From: a virus
Reading direction: 5' to 3' (one strand)
Virus record (IMG/VR): IMGVR_UViG_3300029448_008119
Location: 28,313-92,312 of that record
DNA: 64,000 nt
Shown here: positions 61,873-64,000 of the stretch, piece by piece
Position numbering within the stretch: position 1 is the first letter of the stretch
Layout of the letters: each line of letters starts with the position of its first letter
The notes under the pieces: generated by a model
What the model was told of the DNA's origin: nothing
The model's database searches: none
What the model saw: the letters and a program-made list of their open reading frames with translations, nothing else
Position numbers and translations under genes: made by a program

Positions 61873-63021
61873 TTAAAAATTCCAACGATATCCAACAAAT
61901 GCCTTGTTTTTAAATACGTCGGCGTCTTTATTCAATAGATGCAGGCCTTGGTAACCAATTTCAGCATAGTGACTCTCGTTATACTTCCAAGAAAAAGTTA
62001 TACTCGACATAAACACTTCTTCTTCACGTTCTAATCCAGCGTTATACCTATTACCAATATCTTTGTATGAGGTAAGAAGATGAGCACCCATTACGTTTAC
62101 TTCAAGTTTTGGTGTGATTGGGTATTTCATCATAAGAGATGTTTTTAAATTCTCTTTCATGTTCCAATATGCTACAGATGAATCTAGCACTTCATACACG
62201 GTGCCTAATAAAATCACTGTGCCTTTTTCGGTAAAGTATGTTATATTTGCCCCATACGTGGGAGTTGAATATTCAGTTAGTGTGCCATATTGATCTTCTA
62301 TCAAGGCGTCGATTATACCATAGTTTATTTTTAGAACAGTTGATGGGTTCATTATATACGAAAACTGCGCATAATACATATCAGTATCAATTGCCCCACG
62401 AACTCCACTATAATCTAAAAATGATTTCTTGCCTATTAATTCTAGAATAAAACGCTTGCCAAGAATTTGTTCTGCGCCAAACGTAAATGCATCTTTGGTG
62501 AAGTCGCCATTGGTTAATTCGTCACCAGCTCCTACGGGCAGGTTTTCTGACCAACGTTTGATATGGTTTTCATAACCGCCTTTAAGTTTTAAGAGATGCC
62601 GAGGTTTCCACGTTAGCATGTACGAACTCTTATATATAAAATAAGTTACATCTAGATCGTCATCAATGTCACTTGGCTCCCTTTCTAAATGAGAGAATGA
62701 ATCGGTAGAATTAAGAATAAGCTTTGGTGTTATTTCGTATTGACCTCTCATGCCAATATTACCAAATATTAATGTTTTATTATCAACGCTTCTGTGTCTT
62801 ATTTCTGGTTGAGCTTTTAGATTTATTAAGTCTCTAAAGAACTTGCCCTCTACTCCTAGCGATTGGCTGAAGTAAAAAGTTGATGTTTGGTTGGGCGTCC
62901 CAGCCGCCCTCATAAAAACATTATCGTCGTAGAATATTCTACTGAATGAAGTCAGTTTAAACTTCTTTTCTGCGTAGAGGGTTGATGCTACTAATAATAA
63001 AACTATAAGAAACTTATGCAT
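61873..63021 (-). CDS. Outer-membrane beta-barrel protein (BBP2 / exopolysaccharide-locus-associated type)
   Basis: Signal peptide MHKFLIVLLLVASTLYA, YDDNVF first strand, alternating amphipathic strands, C-terminal FVGYRWNF beta-signal. Confidence 0.85.
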   Translation of the reverse strand: MHKFLIVLLLVASTLYAEKKFKLTSFSRIFYDDNVFMRAAGTPNQTSTFYFSQSLGVEGKFFRDLINLKAQPEIRHRSVDNKTLIFGNIGMRGQYEITPKLILNSTDSFSHLEREPSDIDDDLDVTYFIYKSSYMLTWKPRHLLKLKGGYENHIKRWSENLPVGAGDELTNGDFTKDAFTFGAEQILGKRFILELIGKKSFLDYSGVRGAIDTDMYYAQFSYIMNPSTVLKINYGIIDALIEDQYGTLTEYSTPTYGANITYFTEKGTVILLGTVYEVLDSSVAYWNMKENLKTSLMMKYPITPKLEVNVMGAHLLTSYKDIGNRYNAGLEREEEVFMSSITFSWKYNESHYAEIGYQGLHLLNKDADVFKNKAFVGYRWNF

Positions 63022-63667
63022 TTCTTCTGCCAATTGCTACATACAAGAATGCAAAACAACACGCAATGAGAGTGAAGATTGATGGTTCGGGTATTGTTGC
63101 AGATGAGATATAACCAGGCCCTGTAATATTTACATCCATGTCACCAAAGGCTTCATGGTCAAAAGAAGTAAACACAATAGTATACTCTACATCTTTTTCT
63201 AAATCAAATGAGCCATAGAATGCTCCAGGTTGTCCAACAAATGTTGGTGTTCCACCTTCACCCTCTGATGGGCCGCTTTGTGGTACGCCACCTGTAAAAC
63301 CAGTATCAGTTCCATTATTGAATCCCCAAGGTGCACTTATGATAAGCTGTTGAGGTGGTTCTTGATAAATCAATATTTGTGTATCTGTTGTTGCACCTTC
63401 AAGACCAATTAAGCTACTGGCATAGTTATCAAAAAGATAGCTTCCTGCTTTAGTCGGTGTAGCAATAAACTCTTGATAATATGTTTTATTAGTTTCTGTT
63501 TGATTGCCCGACAAGCCAAAACCTTCAACATACTTTGTTAAGTTAAATTCTACGTGGAGATCGTAGCCAATTAAATCGCCGCTAGCAAATGGTTTGTCTA
63601 AACCATCTATGTCGCCATAAGCGAATGAAGATGCAATAAGTAGTAGTAATGTAATCAGTTTTTTCAT
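63014..63667 (-). CDS. PEP-CTERM sorting-domain protein
   Basis: Signal peptide MKKLITLLLLIASSFAYG; C-terminus IPEPS + hydrophobic helix + GRR. Confidence 0.9.
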   Translation of the reverse strand: MKKLITLLLLIASSFAYGDIDGLDKPFASGDLIGYDLHVEFNLTKYVEGFGLSGNQTETNKTYYQEFIATPTKAGSYLFDNYASSLIGLEGATTDTQILIYQEPPQQLIISAPWGFNNGTDTGFTGGVPQSGPSEGEGGTPTFVGQPGAFYGSFDLEKDVEYTIVFTSFDHEAFGDMDVNITGPGYISSATIPEPSIFTLIACCFAFLYVAIGRRNA

Positions 63668-63837
63668 TTTTTAAATATATTTTTTATAAAGTTGATTGCG
63701 TCTCCTATTAAGCCAAAAAATCCAGATTTTTTTTCGCCTTTGGGTAGAATGTGAAACACGATAGATAAAATACCTATTGTGGCTATTGTTATTTTAAGTA
63801 AATTGCCTTTTGCTAATTCTATTATTTCTTGTATCAT
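63664..63837 (-). CDS. 57-aa membrane protein
   Basis: Hand-translated MIQEIIELAKGNLLKITIATIGILSIVFHILPKGEKKSGFFGLIGDAINFIKNIFKK; ATGA overlap with the PEP-CTERM gene. Confidence 0.65.
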   Translation of the reverse strand: MIQEIIELAKGNLLKITIATIGILSIVFHILPKGEKKSGFFGLIGDAINFIKNIFKK

Positions 63838-63841
63838 TTTT

Positions 63842-64000
63842 TTATGTGGTTAAAGGTCCAGATGGAGATACTACGATAGCATCGTCTGGTGTTAATACTG
63901 CTGGAAGTTCCGCCTCAATAATTTCTCCAGCGTCATTGCTTTCCATGTCTGAGTGCGGTTTAATTGGGTCTAGTTCGTCTATTGAAGGCTCTTCTGCCTC
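63842..64000 (-). CDS. C-terminal fragment of an acidic, Pro-rich protein (start beyond the window)
   Basis: Open frame EAEEPSIDELDPIKPH...PDDAIVVSPSGPLTT-stop. Confidence 0.6.
   Translation of the reverse strand, partial: EAEEPSIDELDPIKPHSDMESNDAGEIIEAELPAVLTPDDAIVVSPSGPLTT

Noticed and set aside
1089-62450. Other short overlapping or antisense ORFs in the track (e.g. 1089, 10087, 20780, 24900, 50090, 57827, 60903)
   Set aside because: Each lies wholly within a better supported gene and has no recognisable motif
1-64000. Stop-codon reassignment
   Set aside because: Genes tile densely under the standard code and TAA, TAG and TGA all end genes at sensible boundaries
1-64000. tRNA, rRNA or other known structured RNA genes
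   Set aside because: Almost no intergenic space and no cloverleaf recognised by eye; a covariance-model scan would be needed to exclude them fully

Overview
64 kb of an AT-rich, densely coded, large tailed dsDNA phage genome (siphovirus-like tail, standard genetic code, no rRNA, tRNA, CRISPR or integrase seen). It holds: (i) head-tail joining genes, tail chaperones, a 1943-aa tape measure protein, a lambda-M-like distal tail protein, two tail-tube-like paralogues and a beta-helical fibre (1-17.1 kb); (ii) a minus-strand block with Hsp20, a glycosyltransferase, SSB, a sigma-70-type factor and a dNMP kinase, then an AT-rich divergent intergenic region that looks like an origin; (iii) a class Id-like ribonucleotide reductase; (iv) late genes including two proteins sharing an MELDFS N-terminus, followed by a SemiSWEET plus GDP-perosamine-type sugar operon; (v) a replisome (RecA, DnaB, DnaG, Cas4-like nuclease, DnaE split into PHP, exonuclease and core genes), a one-ring Clp ATPase ending in IGF, a pseudokinase, more glycosyltransferases and a Rad52-like protein; (vi) lambda L-K-I-J tail tip genes on the minus strand; (vii) an LRR gene and a cell-envelope cassette (PEP-CTERM protein, outer-membrane beta-barrel, small membrane proteins). 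Two promoter classes can be read directly: GTGTAA 8-11 nt before start codons (probably late) and TTGAC(A/T)-N16/17-TAnnnT (probably early/middle), often with almost no 5' leader. The PEP-CTERM style and a DUF4032-like gene suggest a Verrucomicrobiota host (inference). Best candidates for undescribed systems: late-expressed virion glycosylation, possibly at [S/T]G motifs; a phage-encoded PEP-CTERM/beta-barrel surface cassette; and a tape measure protein carrying a motif-delimited nuclease-like cargo. All family calls are from motif recognition by eye, not database searches.
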